Source of the DNA: Pyrodictiaceae archaeon
GTDB taxonomy: Archaea > Thermoproteota > Thermoprotei_A > Sulfolobales > WANQ01
Direction of reading: 5' to 3'
DNA: 64,000 nucleotides
NCBI GenBank assembly: GCA_015521735.1
Contig: WANQ01000041.1
Location: forward strand, 17,347-81,346
The translations under genes were made by a program, and so were the position numbers. Shown one piece after another: positions 64,000-64,000 of the stretch. The notes beneath the pieces are model-generated. The model was not told the origin of the DNA. It made no database searches and saw nothing but the letters and a program-made list of their open reading frames with translations. The first letter of the stretch is position 1, and every line of letters starts with the position of its first letter.

Positions 64000-64000
64000 T

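Noticed and set aside
1-64000. CRISPR arrays, IS elements/transposases, integrases, proviral regions, rRNA genes
   Set aside because: I found no regularly spaced direct repeats, no DDE/serine/tyrosine recombinase-like ORFs and no rRNA-like GC-rich blocks. The absence is judged by eye and should be confirmed with CRISPR, IS and Rfam scanners.

Overview
This 64-kb window is a densely packed chromosomal segment that looks like it comes from an AT-rich hyperthermophilic crenarchaeon (Thermoprotei/Desulfurococcales-like). The species cannot be determined from the sequence alone. Archaeal markers include a DGGGP-synthase-type UbiA prenyltransferase, Hel308, a GPN-loop GTPase, two COG1672 'archaeal ATPases', and TM-anchored surface proteins rich in N-x-S/T sequons. 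GTG/TTG starts and ATGA-type gene overlaps are frequent. I support about 60 protein genes. Housekeeping and metabolic genes include cysS, malic enzyme, uppP, maf, hel308, two amidohydrolases, a GH38 alpha-mannosidase, a GH15-like hydrolase, a TupABC-type tungstate/molybdate transporter with a divergent ModE-like regulator, and an ECF transporter. Interspersed are accessory-looking genes: VapBC, a single-chain HEPN-MNT fusion, a wHTH-STAND-TPR NTPase and two ATPase/PD-(D/E)xK proteins. I recognised no rRNA, complete tRNA, CRISPR array, transposase or integrase. Three observations stand out. (1) An orphan BrxL-like AAA+ ATPase lacks the Lon domain and is operonic with a 544-aa protein built from about 7 PepSY-like repeats (2957-6037). 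(2) A family of at least four related GC-rich structured elements (6257-6320, 22982-23034, 35398-35470, 47843-47915) has covarying stems, and one copy carries a perfect tRNA T-arm look-alike. (3) A threonine-synthase-fold protein has lost the PLP lysine and is fused to a C-terminal wHTH, and it is translationally coupled to the GH38 gene. All domain calls come from motifs read by eye; no database search was run.
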